64,000 nucleotides of DNA from Chthoniobacteraceae bacterium (GCA_049521415.1 JBEKOV010000001.1:28808-92807); one strand, 5' to 3'; positions 46,853-55,006 are shown, counted from the stretch's first letter. The notes: generated by a model not told the origin, from the sequence alone. A program made the numbers and translations.

Positions 46853-47221
46853 TCAGGGATTTTCCCGCGCCAACTGCATCATTAATTCGGCTTCCGCGCG
46901 GGTTGTGTTCAGGAAGTCCTTTTCCAGGTGCGCCCAGAACGCCTCCTCCGTCGGATGAAGGCTTCGCAGATTCAGAAGGGCTTTGCCCATTTTTATTCCG
47001 GATTCCAATACCAATTTCCGCTGCCTTCGATTTTCCCTTTCCAGGGCCGCGATTTCCGGGGTCAGATAGGCGAGAGGGATTTTTCGGAGCGAGATGCCCT
47101 CCTCGTATGCCTCCTTGAATTCCTCCAGAGTCAGGTGCCGGAGATGGACCGGGGCGTCCTTGGGGTAATCCAGTAATTGCTTTTCGAAGCGGAGCGCCTC
47201 CAGCTTTTCCAGGGTGGTCAT
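46853..47221 (-). CDS. DUF3102-like phage/plasmid protein (N-terminal domain)
   Basis: GIKMGKALLNLRSL...FWAHLEKDFLNTTRAEAELMMQLARE resembles the DUF3102 core as recalled. Confidence 0.55.
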   Translation of the reverse strand: MTTLEKLEALRFEKQLLDYPKDAPVHLRHLTLEEFKEAYEEGISLRKIPLAYLTPEIAALERENRRQRKLVLESGIKMGKALLNLRSLHPTEEAFWAHLEKDFLNTTRAEAELMMQLARENP

Positions 47222-47240
47222 GGGCTTTTTTTGTCATGGT

Positions 47241-47450
47241 TCAGTTGAGGGAAAAAAAGGAAAGGAGAATGCGTTCACAGCGCGCGGTCAGGGCGATGCA
47301 GATGATGGCGGCAGCGGCGGCGGCGGGGCCGCGCAAGCCTTTGGGCCGGTGACAGAGGGCGGTCAGTTCGAAGGAAGGTTTCCAGTCCGCGCACACTTCG
47401 CATTCCTGGCGGATTTCGGCCTGTGTCTTGGGGCGGATTTGGGCGTCCAT
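47241..47450 (-). CDS. hypothetical small protein
   Basis: 69-aa ORF in the leftward operon. Confidence 0.35.
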   Translation of the reverse strand: MDAQIRPKTQAEIRQECEVCADWKPSFELTALCHRPKGLRGPAAAAAAIICIALTARCERILLSFFSLN

Positions 47451-47456
47451 GATTTT

Positions 47457-47663
47457 TTATTTCTCGCGCGGAGACGCTGAGTCGCGGAGGGGGGAGGAGT
47501 TTTGTTTGCGCGTTGCGCGGGATTCCTGGAAGGAGGCGGAATTTTTGGCGCGCTGGGATTGGGAGATGGTGAAGGGGGTCTGGCCGCGCTTTTGCCAGAA
47601 GGAGTTGATGGCATCGGTGAATGAGCGCTGCGTTGCGGGCATGTGGTTTTTGCGGGAGCTCAT
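47457..47663 (-). CDS. hypothetical small basic protein
   Basis: 68-aa ORF, ATGA overlap with the upstream ORF. Confidence 0.4.
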   Translation of the reverse strand: MSSRKNHMPATQRSFTDAINSFWQKRGQTPFTISQSQRAKNSASFQESRATRKQNSSPLRDSASPREK

Positions 47664-47842
47664 AGCGCGGAGCGGCGTCGCATGACGGCCTGGAGGAGGG
47701 TTTCCAGGTGAGCGCGGTCAGAGATTGTTTCGATGACGGCGACGAGGTTCTCGACCTTGGGCGAGCCCTCGTACTCGGCGGTGTTGGCGGGGTTCGGGGC
47801 GAAGAATATCGAGGACCTGAAAATCATCCCGTTCTCGTTCAT
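47660..47842 (-). CDS. hypothetical small protein, first gene of the leftward operon
   Basis: Start at MNENGMIF (ATG 47842); the longer ORF to 47950 would overlap the rightward gene start. Confidence 0.35.
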   Translation of the reverse strand: MNENGMIFRSSIFFAPNPANTAEYEGSPKVENLVAVIETISDRAHLETLLQAVMRRRSAL

Positions 47843-47880
47843 GGGACTGACGGGATGTTTGTTTGAGGTGGATAACCGGT

Positions 47881-47911
47881 CGCTGATCAGCGGGAGCGGT
47901 GCGCCGCTGAT
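47881..47911. promoter_or_regulatory. candidate operator in the divergent control region
   Basis: Perfect 12-bp palindrome CGCTGATCAGCG (47881-47892) plus a third half-site CGCTGAT (47905-47911), between divergent starts 47842 and 47933. Confidence 0.45.
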
Positions 47912-47932
47912 TTTAACGGGGACTACGCCGCG

Positions 47933-48220
47933 ATGAACTGGCTGGAGCAATTCATTCTGCGGCAGGTGGCGAACCGGTATGCGGGGATGCTGTCCGGCGG
48001 GGTGGTGAAGCTTTGCCTTGAGGGACTTTCCTGGACGCGGAATCTGCCGGCGCCATTCAACCAGGATTACGATGCGCAGACGTTTGCGAAGGCGACATGG
48101 ATCATTATTCGGCAGGGGGTGAGCAAGCTGCCATTGAGCGCGGGGACGCTGATGAAGCTGGATAGCGTGATGGTGGCGAATGCACCGGTGGTCCCGGTGA
48201 AGAAGGCGGTGGCGGTATGA
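47933..48220 (+). CDS. hypothetical protein, first gene of the rightward lysis cassette
   Basis: 95-aa ORF, ATGA-coupled to the next gene. Confidence 0.5.
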   Translation: MNWLEQFILRQVANRYAGMLSGGVVKLCLEGLSWTRNLPAPFNQDYDAQTFAKATWIIIRQGVSKLPLSAGTLMKLDSVMVANAPVVPVKKAVAV

Positions 48221-48351
48221 TCGTCTGGTTTTTCATGTTTACCTTGATCGGGCTGATTATTGCTTGCGTGGAGGGGGGCGGGTTGCTGGTGATTGTGCTG
48301 GGGCTGGCGGTGGTGTGCGGGGTGCTTGCACTTGGGGAGGCGCTGGAATGA
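48217..48351 (+). CDS. 44-aa two-TM protein (holin-like); not in the ORF track
   Basis: MIVWFFMFTLIGLIIACVEGGGLLVIVLGLAVVCGVLALGEALE; ATGA overlaps at both ends. Confidence 0.5.
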   Translation: MIVWFFMFTLIGLIIACVEGGGLLVIVLGLAVVCGVLALGEALE

Positions 48352-48497
48352 GGACGGGGCTGATCATCATCGCGGACGTGATGGTGCTGTGTTTGCCGGC
48401 GCTGGGGGTGGTGGCCTGGGCGTTAATGGGCGGCGGAAATTCGAAATCTGAAAATCGAAATTCGAAAAATTTGAACGGGGACGGGTATTACAAATGA
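48348..48497 (+). CDS. 49-aa single-TM protein (holin or antiholin-like)
   Basis: MRTGLIIIADVMVLCLPALGVVAWALMGG...; ATGA overlaps with both neighbours. Confidence 0.5.
   Translation: MRTGLIIIADVMVLCLPALGVVAWALMGGGNSKSENRNSKNLNGDGYYK
48435..48476 (+). repeat. A-rich (NNNGAAA)n array S1
   Basis: GGAAATTCGAAATCTGAAAATCGAAATTCGAAAAATTTGAAC, ends 18 nt before the endolysin ATG. Confidence 0.8.
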
Positions 48498-49069
48498 AGG
48501 ATAATTTTACGGCGTCATTGGAGTTTGTGCTGCGGTGGGAGTGCGAGTTTGCGCCTGGGCATGACAATGATCTCAATTATGTCGTGACGGAGAATGTGGA
48601 GGGGGACGCGGGGGGGCTGACGAAATTCGGGATTGACGCGTCGGATCATCCTGGGGTGGATATCGCGGGGCTGACGCTGGCGGACGCGGAGTCGATCTAT
48701 CACAACGAGGAATGGAGCGATTGCAATTGCGACGGGCTGCCGGAGGGGGTGGACACGGCGGTCTTCGACGCGGCGGTGAACATGGGCGTGGCGCGGAGCG
48801 GGAATATGCTGCAGGCGAGCATCAACTCACTGGGGGGATACGCGCTGGCGGTCGACGGAGTGATCGGTCCGAAGACAAGCGCGACGGCGATGGCGATTTG
48901 CGCGATGGCGGATAAGCGGGGGCTATTGTTCGCCGCGCTGCTGAACCGGCGGCGGGCGCTGTACCAGGCGATCGCGAGGGCGAACGCGAATGACGCGCAG
49001 TTTCTGGAGGGGTGGCTGAATCGTGTGGATAATTTGGAGAAGTTCATCAGCCAAGGGGAGGCGGCATGA
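48494..49069 (+). CDS. endolysin, glycoside hydrolase family 108 with PG_binding_3 domain
   Basis: EGDAGGLTKFGI, LTLADAESIYHNEEW, VFDAAVNMG, VDGVIGPKT, C-terminal EGWLNRV; matches the GH108/PG_binding_3 pattern as recalled. Confidence 0.85.
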   Translation: MKDNFTASLEFVLRWECEFAPGHDNDLNYVVTENVEGDAGGLTKFGIDASDHPGVDIAGLTLADAESIYHNEEWSDCNCDGLPEGVDTAVFDAAVNMGVARSGNMLQASINSLGGYALAVDGVIGPKTSATAMAICAMADKRGLLFAALLNRRRALYQAIARANANDAQFLEGWLNRVDNLEKFISQGEAA

Positions 49070-49070
49070 G

Positions 49071-49098
49071 GAAAAAATCGAAAATCGAAAATCGAAAG
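49071..49098 (+). repeat. A-rich array S2
   Basis: GAAAAAATCGAAAATCGAAAATCGAAAG, immediately upstream of TTG 49102. Confidence 0.8.
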
Positions 49099-49101
49099 AT
49101 T

Positions 49102-49202
49102 TGCCGCGCACGGCGCGTGAGATATTGGATGAGGCGCTGCTGCTGCAGATCCGGGACGCGGTGAGGGAGAAGCGGCTTTATTTGAGGGGGATAGCGCTAT
49201 GA
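49102..49202 (+). CDS. possible 33-aa protein
   Basis: TTG start after the A-rich array; (M)PRTAREILDEALLLQIRDAVREKRLYLRGIAL; its stop overlaps the next ATG (ATGA). Confidence 0.3.
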
Positions 49203-49666
49203 ATTGGGAAGCGCTGGGCTGCGTGATCGCAGCCATATCGCTGATGGTCGTCGTCTTGCAGGCGTTCACCATTCGGCGGCTGAGACAGGACGTGAGCGTG
49301 AGCGGGAGCATCACGACGCACCAGCAGGAGCAGCTCATCACGGCCGAGCGATTGAGTTCCACGCTGGTTGGGTTCGTCGCGAACGAGAAATTCATGAAGG
49401 TCAAAGAGGAGATCGAGGGGCGGATCGACGACGTCGAGGACCAGCTCGGGAACAAGATCGACGTGAAATTCGACGAGGTGCGAGCCGAAGCGGGGCGGAC
49501 CGAGAGGAACATCCGGACCGAGATTCAGGGCGGGTATGAGAAGGCGGCGCTCGCGGCAAACGCGAGCGCGAGCAAGGTACACAGCAGGATCGACCAGGTG
49601 TCGAAAGAGCTGGCGACATTGAGCGGATACATCGAAGCGGCGTTGAAACAACGGAGGGAACGGTGA
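49199..49666 (+). CDS. i-spanin-like protein (N-terminal TM anchor plus coiled coil)
   Basis: MNWEALGCVIAAISLMVVVLQAF anchor, charged heptad-like remainder; position after the endolysin. Confidence 0.55.
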   Translation: MNWEALGCVIAAISLMVVVLQAFTIRRLRQDVSVSGSITTHQQEQLITAERLSSTLVGFVANEKFMKVKEEIEGRIDDVEDQLGNKIDVKFDEVRAEAGRTERNIRTEIQGGYEKAALAANASASKVHSRIDQVSKELATLSGYIEAALKQRRER

Positions 49667-49902
49667 CGACGCAACTGGCGATCCTGGAAGTGCTGGAGCT
49701 GGCGGACGGGCATCTGCTGCCGGAGCGGGTGTTGGTGGCGGATACCGAGCGGCTGCTCGGGCGGAGGGTTGGCGCCACAGAAATCGTCGCCGAGGCGGGG
49801 AAGCTGGAGGGGCGGGGCCAGATATTATCGGTGAACAACGAGGACATGGGGAAGCGCTACAAGATCACCGATGAGGGGAGGGCGAGACTCCGTGGAGCAT
49901 GA
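49663..49902 (+). CDS. small winged-helix-like protein
   Basis: GTGA overlap with the spanin-like gene; ...ILSVNNEDMGKRYKITDEGRARL. Confidence 0.45.
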   Translation: MTTQLAILEVLELADGHLLPERVLVADTERLLGRRVGATEIVAEAGKLEGRGQILSVNNEDMGKRYKITDEGRARLRGA

Positions 49903-49999
49903 GACGCGAGCCGAGACCGGAGGCGTGGTGGAAGGGGTTGGGGCTCTCCCGCTGTGATTGCGATATTCATAAAGATGGGTGGCGGCGTCGATTCATCGG

Positions 50000-51943
50000 C
50001 TAGGGCACGTCATTGGCCGCGTTCGCCCGCGCCACGTATTGCATGATGTTCCAGCTAAACGGCAGCGACCGCGCGATCTGCCCGCTCTCCCGCTGCACAA
50101 CCAATTGATAGATCATCGCCAGCACCCTCGGCCCTCCGCTCGCCGGCGCATTCAAATCGTCAATCGCCTCCGTCACCCCCGAGGCCGTCAAATCAATCGG
50201 CAGCGAATAATAACTCTGCCCATCCTCGGTCTCGAGTTGGTCCGCCGCCGTCCAGCTTAGATCGATCACCGGGCTCGAATCCTCCACGGTCTTGCACACC
50301 AGCCAGATAGTCACCGCATCCTCCGTCTGGATCGGCGTGAACATCACCAGCCCAAAAGTCAGCGAGTCGCATTGGATCGTCTCGATGATCCCCGCGTTCT
50401 GGTAAAAGCTCGTCACCCCGCGCCCTCGCAGGTCAAATTGCAAATCAATCAGCCCCGGCGTTGAATCCAGATAACTCAGATACACCGGCACGCTCCCGCT
50501 TGTAACCCCTCCCGCCGCTGCCGCCGGCGCACTTACCGTAAGTCCCACTGGGACCGGCGCGCTCTCCCCCGTCCCATTCGTCGCCGTGATTTCAAACTGA
50601 TAAATCCCCGGCACGGTCACCGTCCCCGATAAAATCCCAGTGGAACCCCCCAACGCCAGCCCCGGCGGCAATTGCGTCGCGCTCCAGCTCGTCGGCTCGT
50701 TCGTCGCGTAGAATTGATAATTCAACGGCGCCCCCGCCGTCAGCGTCAGCGTTCCAGGCGCGGTCACCACCGGGTTTGACCCTCCCCCGCTCACCACGAA
50801 CGTAATGGACTGCTGGATGATCGGGAACCCCGCCGCAATAGCCGTAATCACCATCGGGTAAGTTCCTACCTCCGTGAAATTCCCGGTAATGATCGCCTGA
50901 TCTCCCAGGTTCTGCCCGATCTCGATGGTGCTCGGCGCGCCGGCCAGATACCAATTGATTAAGCTCGCCGATGATAGCGTCGCCGCCGTAATGACCGTCG
51001 CCACGGTGAGTCCCACCCCCACGTCCACCGTGATCGGCGCCTGGATCAAGGTGTCATAAGTCCCTGGCGCGATATCGAACAGGCAGTACCGCTGCATCGT
51101 CCCCGCGATCAACACCACTGGAAACCATCCAAATACATTCGGCGTCCCGCTCAGATAACCCGCCGAGTAACCAATCCCGCTCGGCACACCCTGCGGATAC
51201 ACCGCGTTCAACCCCGTGGTGGCAAGCGCGAACGCCGTGATCGGCTCGTTCCATGTCCCCGTCACCATCGCCCCGGCCGTAATATCGTTTTGATTCTGAC
51301 CGCTCAGATACGCGCATACTTCGAGTCCTCCCGAGACCGATGCCTCCCACGTCACCGGGCTCCCCTGCGGAGTAACCGAAGTCATTCCAGTGGACGCCAG
51401 CGCATCCGCGATGCTGAAAGTATTCGTCGTCACCGCCGCGACCAGCCCCAGATAATAAGCCGTCGATCCGCTTACGGTCCCCTGCAACAGCACCTTGTCT
51501 CCCACGCTGTAGCCGTTGGCGTTCAGCGTGAAGGTCGCCTCCGCTCCTCCGTCCAGGGAGCCCGAGTAAGTGATGCTCCGCGTCGTCACGTTCGTCCAGA
51601 GCCTGCTCACAAAATTTTGCGTCGCCGTCACCTCGTACTCCTCATTGTCCAAAGCGGTAATCGTCGCCGAATACGCGCTCGTCCCTCCGCTGGGCGAGAA
51701 CTGCGACGGCCCCGTCGTGCAAAATCCCAGGAAGATCACTTGGCACTTCACCGCCATGTCTCCATTCGACCCAGGGGCCGTGGTCTCTGAATCTTCAATC
51801 TGGATCGTATACCCGCTCGCCGCCGGATTCACCGTCGGCAATTGCACCTGGTACGCATTCCGCGCCAATATCTTAAAAGTGTAAGTCGTCCCGATATCAC
51901 ACGTTCCAGGCTGTAGCGGTGGATAAATCGTCGGCGTGCTCAT
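50000..51943 (-). CDS. large structural protein with Ig-like (He_PIG-type) repeats, candidate fibre or receptor-binding protein
   Basis: Start MSTPTIYPPL (ATG 51943); segments such as LPPGLALGGSTGILSGTVTVPGIYQFEITATNGTGES. Confidence 0.7.
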   Translation of the reverse strand: MSTPTIYPPLQPGTCDIGTTYTFKILARNAYQVQLPTVNPAASGYTIQIEDSETTAPGSNGDMAVKCQVIFLGFCTTGPSQFSPSGGTSAYSATITALDNEEYEVTATQNFVSRLWTNVTTRSITYSGSLDGGAEATFTLNANGYSVGDKVLLQGTVSGSTAYYLGLVAAVTTNTFSIADALASTGMTSVTPQGSPVTWEASVSGGLEVCAYLSGQNQNDITAGAMVTGTWNEPITAFALATTGLNAVYPQGVPSGIGYSAGYLSGTPNVFGWFPVVLIAGTMQRYCLFDIAPGTYDTLIQAPITVDVGVGLTVATVITAATLSSASLINWYLAGAPSTIEIGQNLGDQAIITGNFTEVGTYPMVITAIAAGFPIIQQSITFVVSGGGSNPVVTAPGTLTLTAGAPLNYQFYATNEPTSWSATQLPPGLALGGSTGILSGTVTVPGIYQFEITATNGTGESAPVPVGLTVSAPAAAAGGVTSGSVPVYLSYLDSTPGLIDLQFDLRGRGVTSFYQNAGIIETIQCDSLTFGLVMFTPIQTEDAVTIWLVCKTVEDSSPVIDLSWTAADQLETEDGQSYYSLPIDLTASGVTEAIDDLNAPASGGPRVLAMIYQLVVQRESGQIARSLPFSWNIMQYVARANAANDVP

Positions 51944-52551
51944 CCGTTGCCTCCCGCCGCGCGTCTCTTTGATTCCGCGCAAAAATTCTCAGCCCCCTTG
52001 ATCGCCGCCCCCTCGAACTCTTCATCGCTCGGCAACAGCGTCCGGTCCTGTTTCTGCGTCACGCTCCGGACCAGGATATACAGCGGCAGGATCGATTTCC
52101 CGTCCGGGCCCTTCATCGCGATGAAGTTGCACCCCTTTGGAATGAACAGCGAAAGCTGGTTCCACAGAAACCGCGCCCTCTGCCCGTACGCGATGGCGTG
52201 AATCGGAATCGCCAGGCTCTTCGCATTCCTGGGCGAAATCGTCACCGGCCCGAACGCCCGCCTCATCCCAGGATGATCAATGATCAGCGTCGCCGCATTC
52301 GAGTCCGCCTCCAGCGCTCCCGGTGACGCTACCTTCTCCGCCGCCGTCCCCAGGAACCCCGTCGGCGCCGCGCCCAGCGCTTCAGCCGTGTCATGCCTGC
52401 TCCCGGCCAGCCTCCGCAGATAATCCGCCGTCAGCACCTGCACTTCCTCGCCCATGGCCTGGTGCAGGTTCCGGCGCGCGAGACTCCCCGTCACGTCCCG
52501 CATCCAGCGCCGGCTTCCCGCGTCCTCGCGGATGGTGATGCGCACTCTCAT
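51940..52551 (-). CDS. virion morphogenesis-like protein (weak resemblance to the Mu G / tail-completion family)
   Basis: ATG 52551 forms ATGA with the upstream stop; ...AKSLAIPIHA...RARFLW... Confidence 0.5.
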   Translation of the reverse strand: MRVRITIREDAGSRRWMRDVTGSLARRNLHQAMGEEVQVLTADYLRRLAGSRHDTAEALGAAPTGFLGTAAEKVASPGALEADSNAATLIIDHPGMRRAFGPVTISPRNAKSLAIPIHAIAYGQRARFLWNQLSLFIPKGCNFIAMKGPDGKSILPLYILVRSVTQKQDRTLLPSDEEFEGAAIKGAENFCAESKRRAAGGNG

Positions 52552-53414
52552 TTCGACCACGCCTCCTTCATTGCCGCCCGCAGCTCGGGCGAGAGCCGCT
52601 CGTAGTCCGCGTCGATCTCCGCAAACGATGGCCGCAAACTCCCCTCCATCTTTGACGGCGCCTCCTCCGGCCCGATCAACCCCTCCCTCTCCGCTTCCTC
52701 ACGCCCCACTTCGCGCCATCCCATCCCGCTCCCAAACGCGAACGGCCAGTAAGGATTCCCGAGCCCGTCACGGAATAGCGCGCGGCTCCCGAGCGCCTCC
52801 CAGATCGGCGAGTCCTTCAGCGCCACCATCGGCCCGTCAATCGCCCCCGCCCAGCCCACGCTCTCCCCCGCCTCCGCCCACCGCTCATACCACCCCGGCG
52901 ATTCGCTCTTCGGGCTCCCGCGCGGCACCAGCCGCGGATACACCCTCACCAGTTCCCATGCCGGATACTCCCGCCGCCGGTACTCGCTGTTGCCGGCGAT
53001 CATCCGCCCATACCCCATCGCCATCCGCAAATTGGTTTGCAGCATCAGCTTCAGCCGGCCCGCGCTCGACAGGTCCTGGATCGTTCCCCGTTCCGCCATC
53101 GGAATCTTCCCAAAATCCTCCGGAAACCCCGTCGCGGGATCGTATCCAAGCGACTTGAGCTTCTCGTACATCTTCATGATTGCCGTCCCCATGTTGATCT
53201 TCCCGGTCAGCAGCTCGTCCACCACGTCGCTCAGCTCCTGCACCGCCTCCGCGTTGGTCATCCGCGCCGAGAACACCGAGCGAAAATGGACCTCCCTCCC
53301 CAATTCCATCAGCTCCTCGCTCGACATCCCCGTCGGCATGATATGCCGCGACCTCCATTGCTTGACCGCCTCCGTCAAATTCCCTCCCGCGTTATCCTCA
53401 AGCAGCGCGATCAT
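52548..53414 (-). CDS. putative head morphogenesis-like protein (weak, Mu F / SPP1 gp7-like)
   Basis: 288 aa; order and vague motif similarity only. Confidence 0.5.
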   Translation of the reverse strand: MIALLEDNAGGNLTEAVKQWRSRHIMPTGMSSEELMELGREVHFRSVFSARMTNAEAVQELSDVVDELLTGKINMGTAIMKMYEKLKSLGYDPATGFPEDFGKIPMAERGTIQDLSSAGRLKLMLQTNLRMAMGYGRMIAGNSEYRRREYPAWELVRVYPRLVPRGSPKSESPGWYERWAEAGESVGWAGAIDGPMVALKDSPIWEALGSRALFRDGLGNPYWPFAFGSGMGWREVGREEAEREGLIGPEEAPSKMEGSLRPSFAEIDADYERLSPELRAAMKEAWSK

Positions 53415-53725
53415 TACGTCGTCCCTCCCTGTTCCGGCGCAGGCTCGGCGAGGCCCTCCAGCAGCGCCGCCCCGATCTCCCGCTGCATCACCTCCGCCAG
53501 CGCAGGCTCCGCGTTCGCGTCCGCCAGCATCTTCCCAAACATCCCCTTCAATCCCTCGAACGCCGCAAGGTCCTTCGCCCGGATCGCCCCCTCCACCGCC
53601 TCGCAGATCGGCGCCATGTCATCCTCGAATGCCTTGGCTGCTTCGGCCTCGGCCGCATTGGGTCCAGCGTCACGCTGGCGGATCGCGTTCAAGATCGCCC
53701 GCGCCCTGTTCTGTACAGCCTTCAT
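53414..53725 (-). CDS. hypothetical Ala/Glu-rich protein
   Basis: 1-nt stop/start overlaps (TAATG) on both sides. Confidence 0.45.
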   Translation of the reverse strand: MKAVQNRARAILNAIRQRDAGPNAAEAEAAKAFEDDMAPICEAVEGAIRAKDLAAFEGLKGMFGKMLADANAEPALAEVMQREIGAALLEGLAEPAPEQGGTT

Positions 53726-54171
53726 CAGTAGGTCCCGTCCTCCTGGTTCGCCCTGAATTGCCGCCGCCGCCGCGTAATCGCCGGCGCCGGCTGCCCCTGC
53801 ATCTCCCCGCTCGCATCCGGATGATCCGGAGCCTCGACCCGCTTCCGGCTGTCGTCGATCCGCTTCAAATCGCTGATCTGGTTGCGCTCGTCCTCCGATT
53901 CGCTGCTGGAAAGGTCCAGCCGCAGCCGCCTCATCAAATCATAGAGAGCCAGCTTGACGGTGACGCTCTTCAGGCTGTTCGGCACTTTCGTGGCGTCGAT
54001 GTCCATGGTGTTCCCCGATGCCACTGCACGCCGCACCCGCGATACCGCGTTCGCAATCGCTTCGATGGCCGGGTCGGTCCCGCCCACCGCCATCGTGCGC
54101 GCCTTGTCAACGATCATCCCGTATCCCACGGCCTTGATGTCGTCAGCAGTGATGGTGGTCCAGTTGCTCAT
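53725..54171 (-). CDS. hypothetical protein (DUF1320/Mu gp36-like head-tail connector, weak)
   Basis: Start MSNWTTITADDIK (ATG 54171), ATGA-coupled. Confidence 0.45.
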   Translation of the reverse strand: MSNWTTITADDIKAVGYGMIVDKARTMAVGGTDPAIEAIANAVSRVRRAVASGNTMDIDATKVPNSLKSVTVKLALYDLMRRLRLDLSSSESEDERNQISDLKRIDDSRKRVEAPDHPDASGEMQGQPAPAITRRRRQFRANQEDGTY

Positions 54172-54374
54172 GCGTACCCCAGCGCCTCCCTCGCCTTCAC
54201 TTTTTTCCCGTGCATCGAAATGTGTCGGTCGTGCCACAAACCAAACCTCTCCAGGAGCGCGCGCGCTCTATCAAAGGTATCCACCATTACCCGCTCCCGA
54301 AACGGCCACCGCAGAATCGTTTCCCCGGTCACGAGATTCGTGGCCGTCACAATGTACCAATTTCTGCGCTTCAT
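54168..54374 (-). CDS. hypothetical small protein
   Basis: 68-aa ORF coupled to the downstream gene. Confidence 0.45.
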   Translation of the reverse strand: MKRRNWYIVTATNLVTGETILRWPFRERVMVDTFDRARALLERFGLWHDRHISMHGKKVKAREALGYA

Positions 54375-54465
54375 TTTCTCTGCGTCTCAGCGTCCCTGCG
54401 GGATTGATCCCCTTGGCCGCCGCCCCGCGCCCAAAATCGCGAGACGGCGGCGCTAACCAGGGAAA

Positions 54466-54960
54466 CTATTGGTTCGCCTCCACGATCGTGATCGAGTTCA
54501 CGGTCAGCGAACTCGTTCCCGATACGGTGATGCTCTTCAGGTACCACCAGGGCGCGTTGGCGGGGCCGCTCCCGCTCGTCAGCGCCGGCACATTGATGTA
54601 ATCCTGCACGACGCCCGTCCCCGTTATCGCCAGCCCCGAGGCCGCCAGCGGCACGGTGGTCGTGATCCCGTAGCTGAGCGTCCCGCTCGTCGCCGGGTCA
54701 GTCCCCGTCAGTGATGGCGCGAAGTTGAACGTCACCTGGCCGGTGCCCCCGGTCGTCAGTTGATAGTTCGGGATGATCGCAAACCCGGTCTTCGGATTCA
54801 CGTAAAACGCCTGCGTCGTGGCGCTCGTCGTTGCCGCGCCGGGCCACACGTTGGTGTTGGTCACCAGCACTGTCGCGTTGGCCGCCGCGATCTGGGCGTG
54901 GACCGCCGGCGCCATCAGCGCCAGCGTCCCCGCGAGGATGAGGTATTTGATTTTGTTCAT
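54466..54960 (-). CDS. 164-aa protein with signal-peptide-like N-terminus, Thr/Gly/Ala-rich beta-type sequence
   Basis: MNKIKYLILAGTLALMAPAVHA/Q; preceded by A-rich array S3 and followed by a GC hairpin. Confidence 0.65.
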   Translation of the reverse strand: MNKIKYLILAGTLALMAPAVHAQIAAANATVLVTNTNVWPGAATTSATTQAFYVNPKTGFAIIPNYQLTTGGTGQVTFNFAPSLTGTDPATSGTLSYGITTTVPLAASGLAITGTGVVQDYINVPALTSGSGPANAPWWYLKSITVSGTSSLTVNSITIVEANQ

Positions 54961-54996
54961 ACTTTTCGGATTTCTGATTTCGATTTTCGAATTTTG
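54961..54996 (-). repeat. A-rich array S3
   Basis: Minus strand CAAAATTCGAAAATCGAAATCAGAAATCCGAAAAGT directly abutting ATG 54960. Confidence 0.8.
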
Positions 54997-55006
54997 CCGC
55001 CGCGGC

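Noticed and set aside
48435-49098. A-rich short repeats as a CRISPR array
   Set aside because: The units are 7-8 nt with no spacers of CRISPR size. They lie inside or abutting coding sequence, and no cas genes are present.
49066-49164. 32-aa Arg/Cys-rich ORF ATGA-coupled to the endolysin stop
   Set aside because: Its composition is implausible (MRKKSKIENRKICRARRVRYWMRRCCCRSGTR) and largely the translation of A-rich array S2. The alternative frame from TTG 49102 gives a more protein-like peptide and couples to the next gene.
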